Position numbers and translations under genes: made by a program | Shown: in pieces, positions 30,701 to 44,700 of the stretch | Position numbering within the stretch: the stretch's first letter is position 1 | Layout of the letters: each line of letters opens with the position of its first letter | Assembly: GCF_001949145.1 (NCBI RefSeq) | Contig: NW_019091361.1 | Span: 1,714,866-1,778,865, forward strand | Source of the DNA: Acanthaster planci | Taxonomy: Eukaryota | Direction of reading: 5' to 3' | Length of the DNA: 64,000 nt | The notes under the pieces: generated by a model | Told to the model about the DNA's origin: nothing | The model's database searches: none | What the model saw: only the letters and a program-made list of their open reading frames with translations

Positions 30701-33700
30701 AAAGCTCCACGAATTGTGCTGTCTTCCACTGACCAATTCTGTGACACATGCCCTCCATGCAACTGCACTGATAAATCTTAAGCTTCAGATTAAGTAGCCA
30801 CAATTTCATGCATTATGGACCAAGTCGCACTACATACCGCAGCATAACTGACGCCGGCTCTTCGTCGGCACCAGGCTTCTCCAGGTCCTCCAACGTGGCC
30901 TCTGAGTTGTTCTTCCACAGCTCCTCCAGCCGGTTGATCTGGGCGGCCGAGATCTGCCTGGCCCGCAGCTGCTCCTGCTCCGAGGGCACCTTGACCAACC
31001 AGCCTAGGAAGCAGCGGTCCTGGATCAGGGGCTGCCACTGGGACGGATCCCTGCAAGGTTGAACACGAAACAGGGGAGACAACTTGGGAATTTGGACAGT
31101 CATTCTCAATGAGCTTAACATGCACAGAAGAGGTCCCATTGACGGAAGCATGTTGCTCACATGTAAGAATGCTCAGAAAGCTTCACTGATGATAACTGTG
31201 CATATGAACCCTAGTGAATTGTAGAAATTGAAAACCATCAAATGAGATCTTTTCTTACTTCCTCCATTTTTAGGTCCATTTCATACACAACTGAACAGAA
31301 CAGAACTGGCTGTCATAATCCGCATGAGGGTAGACATTTTTATCCACAGTTGTCACGATAAACCTCAAGAAGTCCATCTAATGTGAACATTCCCTTACTA
31401 AGAGAAAAACGAATGGGGAACAATGCATACAATGCATGCAACCCAATTTCTTGGCAAAATACCTACCTCATGTGGCCCAAAATAAGGCCATGACTGCCTA
31501 ACCGAAGACAAAATGTCAGCCCAAGTGGATGTGTTCCACAAATGAGAGACAGATGATTCCACTCACCAATTCATGTCCTTCAAGTTGCTCTGGGTGGCGC
31601 AGGGCTGACGGCACAGCAGCACGACCACCGAGTCCACCTTGGCCGGAATGAAACCCAGCAGGAACACATTGCGGCAGCCGCAGTTGTAGCACTCCAGGGC
31701 CGTCTCTCCCACGGGGCTGTCCCGATGGAGGGTCACCTCCTTGCACTTGGCACGCACCAGGTGGTTGACAATGTGACTGGGGAAGTGGGGGGAAGGGGAC
31801 GTGAGAAAAATACCCAAGACAATGAGGAGGAGCTCTAACACTTGAGGAGTACTTCTACATGTCATTAAATTAACCCTACTATGCTGAAGTCACTCTTTGG
31901 GTCAATTAGTCAGCTGCACAAACGTGCAAATGCCTGGTAATATAGCTACATTGTCCCCGTACTTAACTGAAACAGAAGGCTATATCCACGCTCACTCTAA
32001 ATTCAATTCAGAGAATATGCTTTCGGTTTCATTCGGAAAAACCACATACAGTGCTACAGAATGTCTGACTGCCCAATGTTTCCTATACCACAGTGTGCCG
32101 TATCTTCAAGCAAACATAACGCGCAGTAAAGATGTTAAAGGGGCCTTTGTTATAGAGCTACATATAAAAACATATACAGCTCTATGGCCTATGTCATGTA
32201 TGTGCACAAACGAGCTACCTTTGAATTAGGAGTAAATTTTGCAGTTTTGCTTTTAGCATAGAAACAGGGCACTGCATGGAGTGGATCGTGCAACACTGTT
32301 ATATGTCATACTGTTTGTTGCCATGGATAACCAATCAGAATTGAGAATTCAAGTTTGCTGGAAGATAAAAAAGGAAATCAAGTCACCTTCCAGAGGTGTT
32401 TCCCCGCCCATTGCAGAACCACTTCTTGGTGGTGTTGCACAACACCACAGCGGCTGGGTCGTGAATTCCACAATACCTGAAAACAATTATGGAATAAAAC
32501 TTCAGAAGTAGACAAGATCACAGAGGAATTTTCATGACACAAGAGCTTTTTCAGCTTCCAGCCAAAAAAAAAAGATGATACAGATAATCAATGGCACATT
32601 ATTCTGACTTTGACAAAATTGGGATACTGATTCAAATTCAGCACAAACGAAGTTGAGACTTCCATGCTGGATGGCCACAGTTTTCAAATGTCTTACATGT
32701 GAATGCAAACAAGTTTACTCGACTTTTCAAATCTGTTCTCCCAGGGACTGAACTCCCTTTCCTCCAGAATTTACAAGGAAGTAAAGGTTGGATTTCAGGG
32801 GACTGAAGCGGGTACAGCAGAGGTACCTGCAGGCATGGTCAGGGAGATCCTTGGTGTAGTACGTCTCCTCCTCGTCCTCCTCAAATGTCAATTCCTTTAG
32901 AGTCTGCACGGTGGAGGCTACGCCATCTTCGACAAAACCATTCTGCTGGGCTGGTTTGGTATCCAAAGACAGGCCGGCCTGGACAGTAGGGTGAGTTCAG
33001 AATAGACCCTTTTCACACTGCCTTCTCTTTGTACGTATATGTATGAACAGCCAGAACTACAATGTACATGTATTGCAGAAATTGCACAAACATCACCCTT
33101 GGTTGTTGGTTGGTGTCATGAGGTTTAAAGCATAAGTTATCCCTATAACTAAAAGAGGGGAGTTTTTTCATTTAGTTTGTATTTGTAATGTTTACTACTG
33201 CCAGGTATTTTGATAGCCTCATGAGATACCGATTTTTTAATACTTAGCGAGCGATTCTTGTTTTTTACGGTACTGATGGCCAACCATAGATTGTGAGCCA
33301 CTCAGAGGCAAAACCAAGACTACGACTGTACAGCAGACACGTTTCTGTGAAAATCAGAAGCATTCCTGCTCATAAAGCAAATTGATGTAAATAAATGCCT
33401 TCATCTATCCCACACAAGGTCCCAACTATTAAAACAAAAATCTGGTCATAAAAAAGTACAGAAATTATGCAGGAAAATTTGGCTATTTCTATATCATTTA
33501 CATGTGGCAATATGTCACACTTCACCAAATTTTTAATTTCAAAGAATTTTTATTAATAGTAATCTGATTATCAATATCCAAGAGACTGAAATTCAAGTTG
33601 GATTTACATGTACATGTAATTTCCTTGCATAATATTTTACTATTACTTGACAATGTAAAGCACTGTGAAACTCACACAATGTAACACTGTACTATGACTG

Positions 33701-36184
33701 GCAGTTTTGTTTCCAACTCAATGGATGTAACAATACTTAGACATGTTCAACTCAGTATTTGGACAACAGTAAAAATTTGGGGCATGATCCACAATGGGTG
33801 TGGACTTTGCTGTGCTATCATCGAACACTGTCGCACCTGTTACCACTTTCACCCCGCACCCTCTGCTGCCCCCCTGCCTCTATATGGGTTTGGTCATTTT
33901 TTTTTGTACCCTAGGGCATGACGATAGGATTTTTAGCCCTTCCCCCCCAAAAAATGTTTCCACATGGGCAAACTGTATCCATAGAAAGATTGCCTAAGGG
34001 GTGGGGATTATTTCGTCACTTCAACAGTGATGATACCTGCATCAGTCTGGGACATGGGCAGGTGAAAAAAAATACATTTTTAATTATGTAGTAAACTCCG
34101 ACTAAGTTGGCATTGCGTAACTCGTCATATCGTCTAGGTCGGCCTTTTGACAAAAGTCCCGACCATCTGTAGTGCATTTCCATTGAAAATCTCATTTCTA
34201 AGTTTGCATCTATAAGTCGTCATTTCGTATATATGTCGGCATGTTTTTCTCAGTCCCTTTTCCACAGAACCACAAAAATTCCTTTGTGTAAGTCGGCATT
34301 AAAAAAACAAATGCTTTGGTATCAGTTTCCTTCACTGCAGTTGCCAAGAAGTGTCACATGACAAGTCCCAAACTGACGTCTGTTTATTAGCAGCACAGGA
34401 CATGGTTGATAATTGCCCAGCAGGAGTACATCAATACCAGTTACCCCTCCAGTGCTACACACATGCGCTCTGTCCATTCTGAGGGTCGCCTTATTGAACC
34501 TAGTCTGGTTCCCAGCCCAAAGATTCCCTGACAACCCTTGATAATGATTTGTCGAGTGGTCAGAATTGTATACCCAGCAAGAAATGAGACCGAGGGGTAC
34601 CCCCCAACATGTCCAATCCCTATACACATTTCAGACTATTGTTACTTAACACATCCCCCAAGATGTCTGAAAGGAATTCCCCACCAACACAAAGTGGGGG
34701 GGTTCTCTCCGTCTCATACCTTGCTGCTTATGTAGATTTGAACAAACTTAACCAATGTGCGTGTGTGGATGAGTGTATGTTTTCTGTACCATAACTGTAT
34801 CACGTACATACATACTGCACTGTCGTGATGTGATATGCAAGTGGCTTGCCGTCCTTGCTCGACCCTTTGAGGCACATGATCAGTTATCGAATTTGCAGCC
34901 CACAAGGATAATAATCGAGAACAAATTTGCTGGGATCGACCATGGAGGTAGAAATAAACCAGGGTAAATCAAAACCATTGAATTAGTGCGAGGAATCGTA
35001 ATGTACATAGGCAATACATGTGCACGCTTAAGTCAGCAAAATGACGACTTACAGCACAAGTCAGCATTCACGTAAGTCTTGAGTCCTGAGAGTGCCAACT
35101 TAGCCGGAGTTTACCATATGTATCAAGGCATCATATCAACTTCACTTGATGGTTCAGGGTTATGAAGGAATAAGGCAATTAGGCCTACATACCTGTATTG
35201 TACGCTAAGGTAAGTCCCAGCTTCCTATAAAGTTAATATTAACATCAATCGTGATAGTGGTCAGGAGGCTGAGTGATAAAACACGCATGCAAATTTCTGC
35301 AAAATACATTATCCTGACATCAAACATTTCAAACACTGAAACACCATGATTACATTGCCATGTCGTGATTTTCATGACTGCATGGAAAGAGTATAGATAT
35401 ATAGATATCACTTGAAACCCTAGCCCTGTGCACAAACTCTATGAGCCTAGTCTGAAAAATTGAGTGTTTTCGAAGTAAATGATTCAATATTTTCACTGCT
35501 ACATTTGACGTTTTGGGGCATGTTCTCACTTTTTGATCATGTCGTGGAGTGTTAGTAGGCTATAACAATCCCATCCAAATCAAAAAATAGGAATAGGCAT
35601 AGGCCTACATGTACTAACGCTTCACTCAATAGAGTTAAGTACGACAGAAATTCTAGGATGTCTGACCATGAGAACTTCTGTCTCTACAAAAACAATGTGG
35701 CTATTGTTACAGCAGCTGTAACGCATCTCCCATTTTCTATCGTTACATCACTGCAACTCGCAAGTGCGTCAACTTAAGCACAGATTTTGAACTTTATTTC
35801 TCTTTAAAAAAATCCTCCGATAAGAAAAGGCCTATATAGTCGACTCTCAGTAATACGAGCTCAGGTAAGACGAGACTCCGGTTAAGACGAGTATATTTGC
35901 CGGTCCTGACTGAATTATGCACATTCCTATGAGGAAAAAAAATCCATAATATGAGCTCCGTTTATGACACTCTTTGTCTAGAGTGCAATTACCTGACTCT
36001 GGCTTTGTGAGACCACATCCAGCTGTGATGCTTGGCTCTGTGTCTGAGTTTGGGATGGCAAGGTGAAGTCCCCCACATTGTACTCGAAGTCCGTGCCCTG
36101 TGTGTCAGCGCCTAATAACTCGCCGTCTTCCGTGTCCAGGAAAGTTAAACTCTGAGAGCTCGGCCCGTACGCATCTACACTCAT
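18783..36184 (-). CDS. UPF1: Regulator of nonsense transcripts 1 (UPF1 RNA helicase), 1147 aa. 21 coding exons: 36184-35993, 32978-32827, 32476-32387, 31776-31567, 31050-30838, 30589-30420, 29998-29900, 29672-29564, 29104-28897, 28517-28447, 27435-27288, 26630-26499, 26094-25951, 25244-25031, 24535-24418, 23934-23635, 23182-23008, 22489-22399, 21510-21140, 20008-19877, 18887-18783
   Basis: N-terminus [21 protein letters not shown] zinc domain ([35 protein letters not shown]). SF1 motifs [56 protein letters not shown]-rich tail ending [19 protein letters not shown]. Exons sum to 3444 nt in frame. Confidence 0.98.
21654..22011 (+). mobile_element. piggyBac-like non-autonomous element, internally deleted copy
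   Basis: ttaa|ccacttc...gcagcatacgg|ttaa with TTAA flanks. The interior matches the copies at 27808-28394 and 52312-52887. Confidence 0.75.
22210..22370. mobile_element. ~160 bp palindromic MITE with TA flanks in a UPF1 intron
   Basis: cacaatagtgcgcctccaagagtttgcaa..ttggccaatcacaa pairs with ttgtgattggccaa..ttgcaaactcttggaggcgcactattgtg. TA is present on both sides. Confidence 0.85.
24084..24259. mobile_element. Short PIF/Harbinger-like MITE remnant with internal perfect hairpin
   Basis: Ends are ggggccga...tcggcccc. Internal 17-bp inverted repeat atcttaagttgcgatgg/ccatcgcaacttaagat at 24187-24225. Confidence 0.55.
27808..28394 (+). mobile_element. piggyBac-like non-autonomous element (~590 bp)
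   Basis: ttaa|ccacttgctgcc...gcgatgtgg|ttaa. Colinear with the other two copies. Confidence 0.78.
28600..28653 (+). repeat. 18-bp minisatellite x3
   Basis: tacaggtc(g/c)ccacactgt repeated three times. Confidence 0.85.
29673..29899 (-). other. U12-type (minor spliceosome) GT-AG intron of UPF1, 227 nt
   Basis: 5' site GTATCCTT. Branch-like TCCTTAGC (plus 29686-29693) lies ~13 nt from the AG, with no polypyrimidine tract. Splicing restores KIPDN/YGDEI. Confidence 0.85.
34091..35114. mobile_element. ~1 kb non-autonomous DNA transposon in UPF1 intron 1
   Basis: 22-bp inverted termini gtaaactccgactaagttggca (34091-34112) and tgccaacttagccggagtttac (35093-35114), one mismatch. Confidence 0.7.
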
Positions 36185-36289
36185 TCTTCACTTTGACTCT
36201 CTCCTCCAGCACTCAATTAAAGAAGTACACCACAGTGGGTGACCGATCTCTTCGACAAGAGACAAACTACACACAATTATTCTACAAAC

Positions 36290-36748
36290 TTGTTAACCTG
36301 GAACTGGAAGTTCCATTAGAACATGCACGGCATGCAAGCGCGCGACATCGCGAATGTGGCAAAGTGTGGGGCTTTTTGATGACGTATTATATTCTGCACA
36401 AAAATCGATGATGTCATCAGTGATACGCATGGAACCAACGGGATGCATTCTCAGCAAGCTAGACCTCTTTTTTGTCATAAGAACTCCACTTTGTTGAATT
36501 CAGCTTCAAGCTTTCTCTTTAATAATTAACTCATCACATTAGTATTTTCCTCCGTTGAGAGAAATTTGTCTTTAAGGCTAGTTTCGTAACTTCCTTACAT
36601 TGTTGACGAGAAAATGACGATTGAGGGCGCTATAATCAGACACCATGCTACACACTAGCACTGCAGGCGGTGTTAATATGTTACACATGTTGCCGATTTC
36701 TCATCGAGGATATCCCCGTATCTTGTGCTCGGTAGTTCATAGTACCGT
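36290..36748. promoter_or_regulatory. Putative bidirectional promoter between UPF1 and GLD-2, including the probable non-coding GLD-2 exon 1 (ends 36748)
   Basis: CpG-rich stretch directly upstream of the UPF1 ATG, with ETS-like ggaagt and CRE-like tgacg motifs. A consensus plus-strand donor gtaagt lies at 36749, and the GLD-2 ATG exon is preceded by an acceptor (ttcaacttcaag). Confidence 0.5.
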
Positions 36749-38772
36749 GTAAGTATTTTCGTCAATACGTGGGGCAGTGGTATAAGCAGAGACCCAGTAT
36801 ATTGTATTTAAGGTTTAGACGCAACCAACTGACCAGAAACTTAGAAGTTTAAAGAAAGTTAGATTGTTGGAATTCATCATCATATTCATGGCGTGGTCAT
36901 CGGTCATTGTCAGTCTGGCAGGCATGCGTGGTGTCTGTCATTGGTGGGCTAAAATTCAATGCGACTATGTAGTCTGTCTAGTCTGTTGGCCCACCCGCGT
37001 GACCGTGGTGACCATGGTGACTTGTGTAGTTCGGCCATGAGAATGAAAGTTTTAGATTTGCGTCCAGAACATTTTTGAAAAACATGAGGCTTTTTCATTA
37101 TTCATTAGGCCTAGGCCTATTTTTCGTATAGGCCTACATGTGTAGGCAGCTCTGCCGGCAGTGGGGCGATGTGGGGATGGGGTGGGATGGGACAAGGTAG
37201 AGATGGGGGCGAAGTGATTAGGGGCAAAGCGGAAAGGGGACGAAGTGTACACCTCTGATATGTATTGTTGATCTTAATGTAATGTGGCCCCTGACGTGAT
37301 GCAGTTTGATATTTTGGGTCTCTAGTGCCTTCCAGAGCAATAGTTTTACTTATAGATACATGTACATGTAAATTTCAGTATAAGTATAAATTGCATCAAA
37401 CTTTACATATTCTGATTCAAAATCTTGACTTTACTCACTGACTACAGAGTACTGATGAAATTTTATTTTGGCCTAGTTTTTCATTTTTTTCTGAAGTGCA
37501 AAATGAACTCTTAAATTAAAATGCAAGCAAAAATACAAAAATAATTTTCAAACTACTGTAACTTGTGGTTCAAAAGTGGAGGTAATAATAGTTTATTAGA
37601 ATTTGTCAACTTTAAAAACTTGTTAAATATTAATGTGGGATTTACTGAGATTTTTGCAAGTGCGTCATGTTGGGGAAAAACTCAACAGAATCCTTGCCCA
37701 ATTTCCGGACAGTGCCATTTTTTAATTTGGGAAGAAGTTTGCATGTGTTACGAAGGTTATAGTTGCAGTTATTAATGAAATGATTTTGAAGTTTTTTCAA
37801 CCAGAGGGTTGACACCTCTGTCTTTGGAAAGTCATGTGACAGTCCAAATGTGCCATGTTAAGGGACTCTACTGTACATTTAAGTTACCCAAACACGGCAC
37901 AGCCCCTAATGTGGTGCACTTTGATTTCTTTTGAGCCTCACAAGAGCAATATTTTACCCAGAGTTTGACAATAAATGAAATTTCATCAAGCTGTCAACAT
38001 TCCCATTCATAAATCCTGAATTTACGTACCCGCTACAGTGTTCCAATGAAATTGTATTTTCACCCGATTTTCCAGTTTTTTTCGAAGGGCGCAATGATAA
38101 TGGGCCCAAAAATAACCACTGTACAAACTTGTGGTTGGGCATTTGAGTGGAATTATCATAATTCATCAACACTATAGAAACTGTAAAAACTTAATGTGGG
38201 CTTTTCTGAGATATATTAAAGTGTCCCACATTGGGGAACACTCAGCTGAATTTTAACCCAATTTCAAGCTTGAGCCCAAGGTTCAACAGCATGCATTATG
38301 AAAGTAATATCACCAGTCGTGCCAGTTGTCCCCCTAACCACAAGTTTGCTTCATCACAATTGTTTGCACATCAGTCAGTCCCTGATGTCAGTCAGTCCCT
38401 AAGGAGACTGCTTTCTTTTTGTCAGGTACGGGGGATGTCCTGCGTGTATTTGTCAGAGTTTGCAGTGTGGAGTTTAGAAAGGGCATAGAGCATCCCATGA
38501 GAAAAAAATGCTAATGGAGTCACTGAGAAGGATGAGCCTAGGGGTGTGATTTCCCCAGATTTTTTCTCGATTTCATGCTTGGTTGACCCTAAAATCATAT
38601 TTTGCTATGTTTTTGCAATTTGGACCGAATAAGTCTAAACTTCACATATCATAGCCATCCAAGAGAGAATGCAATTCTCAACTGTTGAAAGCCCTGAAAA
38701 ATAAGAGTATCTTGTCATTACAAATATTGCTTGTGTACATGTTTTCAACTTCAAGGTTTGCCTGCTGTCTCA

Positions 38773-41700
38773 ATGCATCGGAATACTGCTACGAGCGCGA
38801 ACCATGATCAGTGGTCGACCCCTCCATTTGATTCAAGGGTGCTGCCAGCTTATCAAAGACTGCTAACACCAGCTTCATGTAGTTTAAATCTGTACCCTTA
38901 CCAGACACCACCTCCACAGAATGGAGTGTCTCATCCAGGACTCTTCCTGATTGACAAGGGAAGAAAGTGAGTACCAGAAAACTTGGTTAAGGGTAATTCC
39001 AGAAATTAGGGGTCCATTTTTTTGTGTCCCTGTTACATCTGACATATGATTTTGTAAGTTCAGAACACATTTTCTAATTTCCAAGAGTGATGAATTAATG
39101 CAAATTACCTGGCAAACAAATAGTGATAGTTTGAAAACAATTTCGGTGATATTTCCATGTCAAATAACAAATGTCAGCTGTAACAGGGACATGAAAACGT
39201 CACACTTTTGGACCCCATATTTCTGGAATTGTTGCATACACATTGTTATTGACTTATCAGCCAACTGGTAGACCACACGTTGTATTGTGCTATGGTACAA
39301 TAGCTAACATTTATGCAGTGCACAAGATTCTGTTAAAAGATTCCGCAAAATTCAGTGACACTTGATGGTTCTTTCAGTAATCCTTCGTATTTCTTATTTA
39401 CTTGGTACTGTGTTTCTTGCAGGCTGGGATTAATGATAAAAAACATATAAAAGGTGAAAATGACACACCATGCCCTTTGTGCTTACACACTGTCCTCACT
39501 TTCAATGTGGGCTGTCTTAATGTGCATTTCACTGTCCATGTGATTTGGACTTTATTTACTAGCAGTAAAAGTTGTACACGTATGGCTCTTGTCCAGGAAC
39601 ACCAGGAACCCATTGCATGATTTGTATGGATATTTGTGTGTATGTGTGTGTTAACACAGGACCATAAAGATTACAGGTCGCAGTCCGGTTACCCTAAACC
39701 AGCAAAACCAAGGCGGGCAGGTTCAGCCAAGTGTAGTACGCCCGACCACAGCTCCCAGCACGTCAGTCCGGACAGCACGTCTGGGCCCTAGGCCCCCAGA
39801 GACACCAGGTGCATACAACTTACTTGTGCAAGTGCTGGGGGATGAAAGCAAAGTACAGCTGCCAAAGAGAGGTCCAGCAACAGCAGAGTCGAGGGACCAG
39901 CCCAAGGCCAGTTCAAAGGGAGATGCCCAGGTCAACGGTTTAGCAGTGTCAGCTGAGTCTAGGCTTTCTGCTGTAAGCAGTCTGATGGCAACTGGGAGCA
40001 GAAACCGGAAATCTTTCTCAGCATCAGGTGACTTTGAAAAAGCCCATGGAAAACCTATGTCTGTGCGCACATACACCGAGCACCCTCCTGGCCATTTAAC
40101 AGCACAAAGGACCCAAGTGGACAGCCATTCAGGGCGGAACAGCTCAACATCTACTGCAACTCCAAGTCAGATTGATCAAAGGATTCCACATCGTGACCAC
40201 AGTGGGCTGGTTAATACACCCAAAACATCAACCAGAAGCAATTCTGATTCCAGTAGGAGTAGCAGGAAACGAACTCATGACAGCCATACCACTCCTGAAC
40301 TTAGCCCCAAACCAAATACCTCAAACCCTACTGGTAAAGTATTGGACAAGGTATGTATAATATCGCATTATATAATTTGGCATCAAGGTTCAAAATGTGT
40401 TCGTATTGAAGCAAAAAGTTCTTGAAGACCAACTGTGGACAACACCAAATTGAACAGATTAAACGCATCTTTTCTAATATCCCAAGGCCTTTTCACACGA
40501 GCGCCGAAACCGCACATCTGCGACAGTCAGCGTCACAGTGTGTGTCTTATGATGTGTGGGATTTCTTTGTGGGCTTTCACACGGTGCAATGTTTATCATG
40601 TAACTGACGTTCCTCGTTTCGCCACGATTTGAACTGGTACTTTGCTATGTTTTTAATGTTAGAATCATGCAGTACATGCAACTTTCCCGCCATGCATTTG
40701 CAGGCAATGCGTTCTTGCGGAATTCATCAGTTTATTGCGTGTCGGTACTTTGTTCCTTTCTGCTAGCCTACATGCTAGATTTAGCAGCGTGATCAGAAGA
40801 AAGATGCAAAGACCTTCCAATTTTTCGACATCACAGTTTGGAGTATCCAACCACCATTTTTGAAGATATTGACAAATGGATGCGCATGTGTAATCAGATT
40901 CAACTCAAAGGACCCTCACGACGATCGCATGCTCTGCATCCACACGGCTGATCGCGGTGATCATTACACAGATTTTGCATCCATGCGAAGTTTTGGAGGA
41001 GGTCTCGATCGTCGCGATGATCGCTCGGGACCTGTGCTATAACCATGTGATTTTTTGACAGAGGTTGACCTTCACACGACACGATATCACTGCAATTGTA
41101 ACATCGATGTAATTTCATAACATAGGACCTCTGTTATCAGCGCTCATGTGAAAAGGCCTCCAGCCAGTAAAGTAAGATAAACAGGCTTGTATACATAATA
41201 CATGTACATGTTTTCCACCCTTATAGAAAAGAATTTGTTTGCATGTTAAAAGGTCCTCCCAAAGTTTACTGTGTTTTAAAATCAACAGATATGTTTCTCT
41301 TGCTGTAAAAAGATGAACAGTTAAGATCAGTATGGTTTGAAATTCTAGCCTCCTCTCTCTTTTCAAGGCCTCTGGGCTTTTATCAGCTTTGGTGCTACAA
41401 TGTATTTTGGGGGTTCATTTGTCTCAGATTTCTGATGTAATATGGCAAAATTATCAGCACTCCAAGCAAAACACTCAGCGACTATACAAGAAGGAGAATC
41501 TGCGATTGGAGCTGGAAAGAATTATTCAATCAAAATACCAAGGTAAAAAGAAATGTTTATTGCAACTGAGAAAAGGATTAATCTTGTAAGTGGCTAAGAG
41601 TTGATTTGTGGCTAATCTATTTGGTGCCCAATGGAATAAAATAGATCAACTTGTCTTCTCTACTGCTTTGCGCTATTCAGTAAATAAGTAAACAGTAAAC

Positions 41701-44700
41701 AAGTAAATAAGTAATTCAGTAAACAAATCTGTAATTCAAAGGGGTTTACGTTTTCCACTGGTGTGCACTGATATCAGCTAAAACACTGTAGTACTTGTTG
41801 TAATAACCAAAATGTAAAGGGCCATCATTTAGTTTGGGTCACCAAGGTGCACCTATCAGGTTTCTGCCCAAGGTTGGCACCCTAAATATGAACTGTCCAT
41901 GCGGTGGAGATGATCGATTTTGTGTACATTTTGCAGGCTCCATGCTCTTCCTTGTCGGGTCATCACTAAATGGCTTTGCTACCAACAGCAGTGATACTGA
42001 CCTGTGCCTCATGGTCAGCAACAAAGAGGTAAGCCAACTGAGGCTCAATCCTGTATACTTTGTCAGGTGCATGCAACAGATCGACAGAGGCCCTCGTGTG
42101 GTGGGTATTCAAATATTGCTGTCTGGTAAGCTGAGGGCGCCCAGTCTCTGTTCTACTGTTGTGGGTGTGTGCCCCCACTGAATGACACAGATATCGGTTG
42201 TCAGTTACTAAAGAGTTCTTGCTCTGGCCAGTACCATGTTGGGAGGACATTTTGTTTCAGGATAATTTGGACTATATTGTGAGGACTTTCGAGTGTCCCC
42301 ATAAAAGTTTTTCTTGGCATAATAGTTACTGTTTAGCAAGCATGTGGACCGTGCGACTAGGGAACAGATATGAGAGTCAACACTTGTGAGTAGGCCACAT
42401 GACATCCTTCGACAATTAGGCACAAAGCAGGAATACTTCTGTTCTCAACTTGAGTGCAATTGTAGAAACAGAATGACCACAAATGGCTGAAATTTATGTA
42501 GAAACGTCTCTACGTAGTTTTCCCACTTCAGTGCTTCCGTTGGCCATAGTCCCTCTGAATTTCTGGCTAATTACAAATTGTTTTGTGTAATTTCTCAGTC
42601 AAACCTGTAGTCAGAACAAACTTTGTACACACGTGCTAATCTTGATGCATAATTAGTTCACACTACTCCAAACATGGCTATGATTTTTACATGTAGTATT
42701 CAGGAATCAGTAAATGGTGTGCTACAACCTCGTTCTTATGGGTATGATCTTGCCGTGCCATGTTGGTTCCCACCATTTCCTTGCGCGATCAGACCCCTGG
42801 TATTATATAATTTAAATATCCTACTATTGGGGATATTTAAATTAGGTCTTTAGTCAGTGTTTTTACGCACGACGCAGATTTATGCGTGTGATTGACTTTC
42901 CTTTTATGTATATTTATTCTGAATAGCCAGTCACCGTCTTTGTTTAATTTTACACAACAAGGGACTAGTGAAGGGACATGCACACAGCCCATGGAGTCGA
43001 GGATGGGTGTGCTAAATTATTAACAAGGTTCTTTCCTTCTGTTACCCTCTGTAGCTTAACCAGAAGTATCATGCAGCCTACATCTTGAATGTTCTACATA
43101 AGCTGCTGTTAGAGAGAAGCAGTAAGTCGCTCAATGGGTGAACAAGTAAAACGGACCTCGACCTGAAGTTTTTTGACTAACCCGCCAGGAAGTTAACTTA
43201 GTTTTTCACTGGCCCACCGGAATTTTCACAAGCCCACTGGACATTATTCAGCAAAACTAACTTTTGAGTGAGTTGTTTAACTGTTACTGTGGAGTCGTGC
43301 TGTCAATTTAAAAACTTTGAAGTTGAGGATTCACAGCTGTTACAATTAATAATGTACATTTTACATCGGTAACCTTTGATTTATTCATCTTTACAAATAA
43401 GACAAGTAACTGGTAAGTGTTTCTTTACTAGCCTGCTGGCTAGTTAAAGAATGCATTTGACTATTAAACCCAGAGCAGTTTCTGTTACTAGAAATTATAC
43501 ACCGGTCTTTTGCTAAGGTTTGGGACCTGAGTAAAACTTTACTGAAACAGATATTCCTGAAGAAATGGGTTTCTGACTTGAAGGGTTAATATTTTCCCAC
43601 AAAAGTTGTTTTTGTTGTTCTGATTCCACAGATTTTGTTTCTGAAGCTCAAGTTATCTATGCTAAAGTCCCAATCCTGAAATTTGTGTGCTCGCGGACCT
43701 ACAGGTATGACTGCAGATGATTTTACCCCCCCCCCCACAATGAAAGCAGCAGATTTTGTTTTTATTGGCTCTCGTGGTCCTAAATCAAATGCTTCACTTT
43801 GAAATTGCGCATTTGCTTTCCTAAGAAGCATGCTTACATTGCAGGAGTCAAAAATGTGGGGCTAAAATGCCACTGGGCCATTTTATGGGTGAGTTCCGAA
43901 AATGAGCATAGAGGACTAAAACATACAGGTTCAGAAATTTGATAAATCCTTTTCCATATCGGTTTCTTGCACACAGTGGCCTGGATTGTGACATAAATAT
44001 CAACAATTCCACTGTAAGTACTCATCCATGAGACATGTTTCTGATCTTATTTACGGAGCTAAGCTTTTGAGTTTGATAGGGAGGCCTTTTGGATCAAACT
44101 TGGCATTGTGGCACTTACAATGTACTCTGCACTTTGTCCTTAATGTTGGTACTCACTGTATCTATCCAGCCCGGAGAACAATTTCAAAACTGGGATTGAA
44201 TCTTGTGCTTGTGCTTTTTATCATCTACCTGCCTAAGCCACTGGTCCTTTCAAAAAGAATTAAAAGCAGTCAGTTCAACATTAGTGAGATCTTTGCCTGG
44301 CTGTGACAGGAATCAAAATTTCTTACCCATTGGATACACAATAAATGAACATCTTTCATAGCACCTGTTCCTGTTTTGGAATTTTTTTCCCTGTAGGGAA
44401 TCAGAAACACTCACCTGCTGCAGACTTACTCAAAAAGTAAGTACAAGTCATTCTCCGACCAAATACCGTCATGGTGAGATTCTTTTCAGATCTTGTTTGA
44501 AATCAAACATATGGACTGTAATGGACACATCAGAAGCTTGTGAACAATTTTTCCAATGTATGTCCAAAAAAGCTAACAACCACAAAAATCATTAAGTGAA
44601 AGTGCCATCCAGAAGGTATTACTCTGGAGTGTTGTAGTTGAGTCCATCACAAGTCCCTGTAAATGTCCATCACAAGTCATTCAGTCTTAAACCAAGTCAC

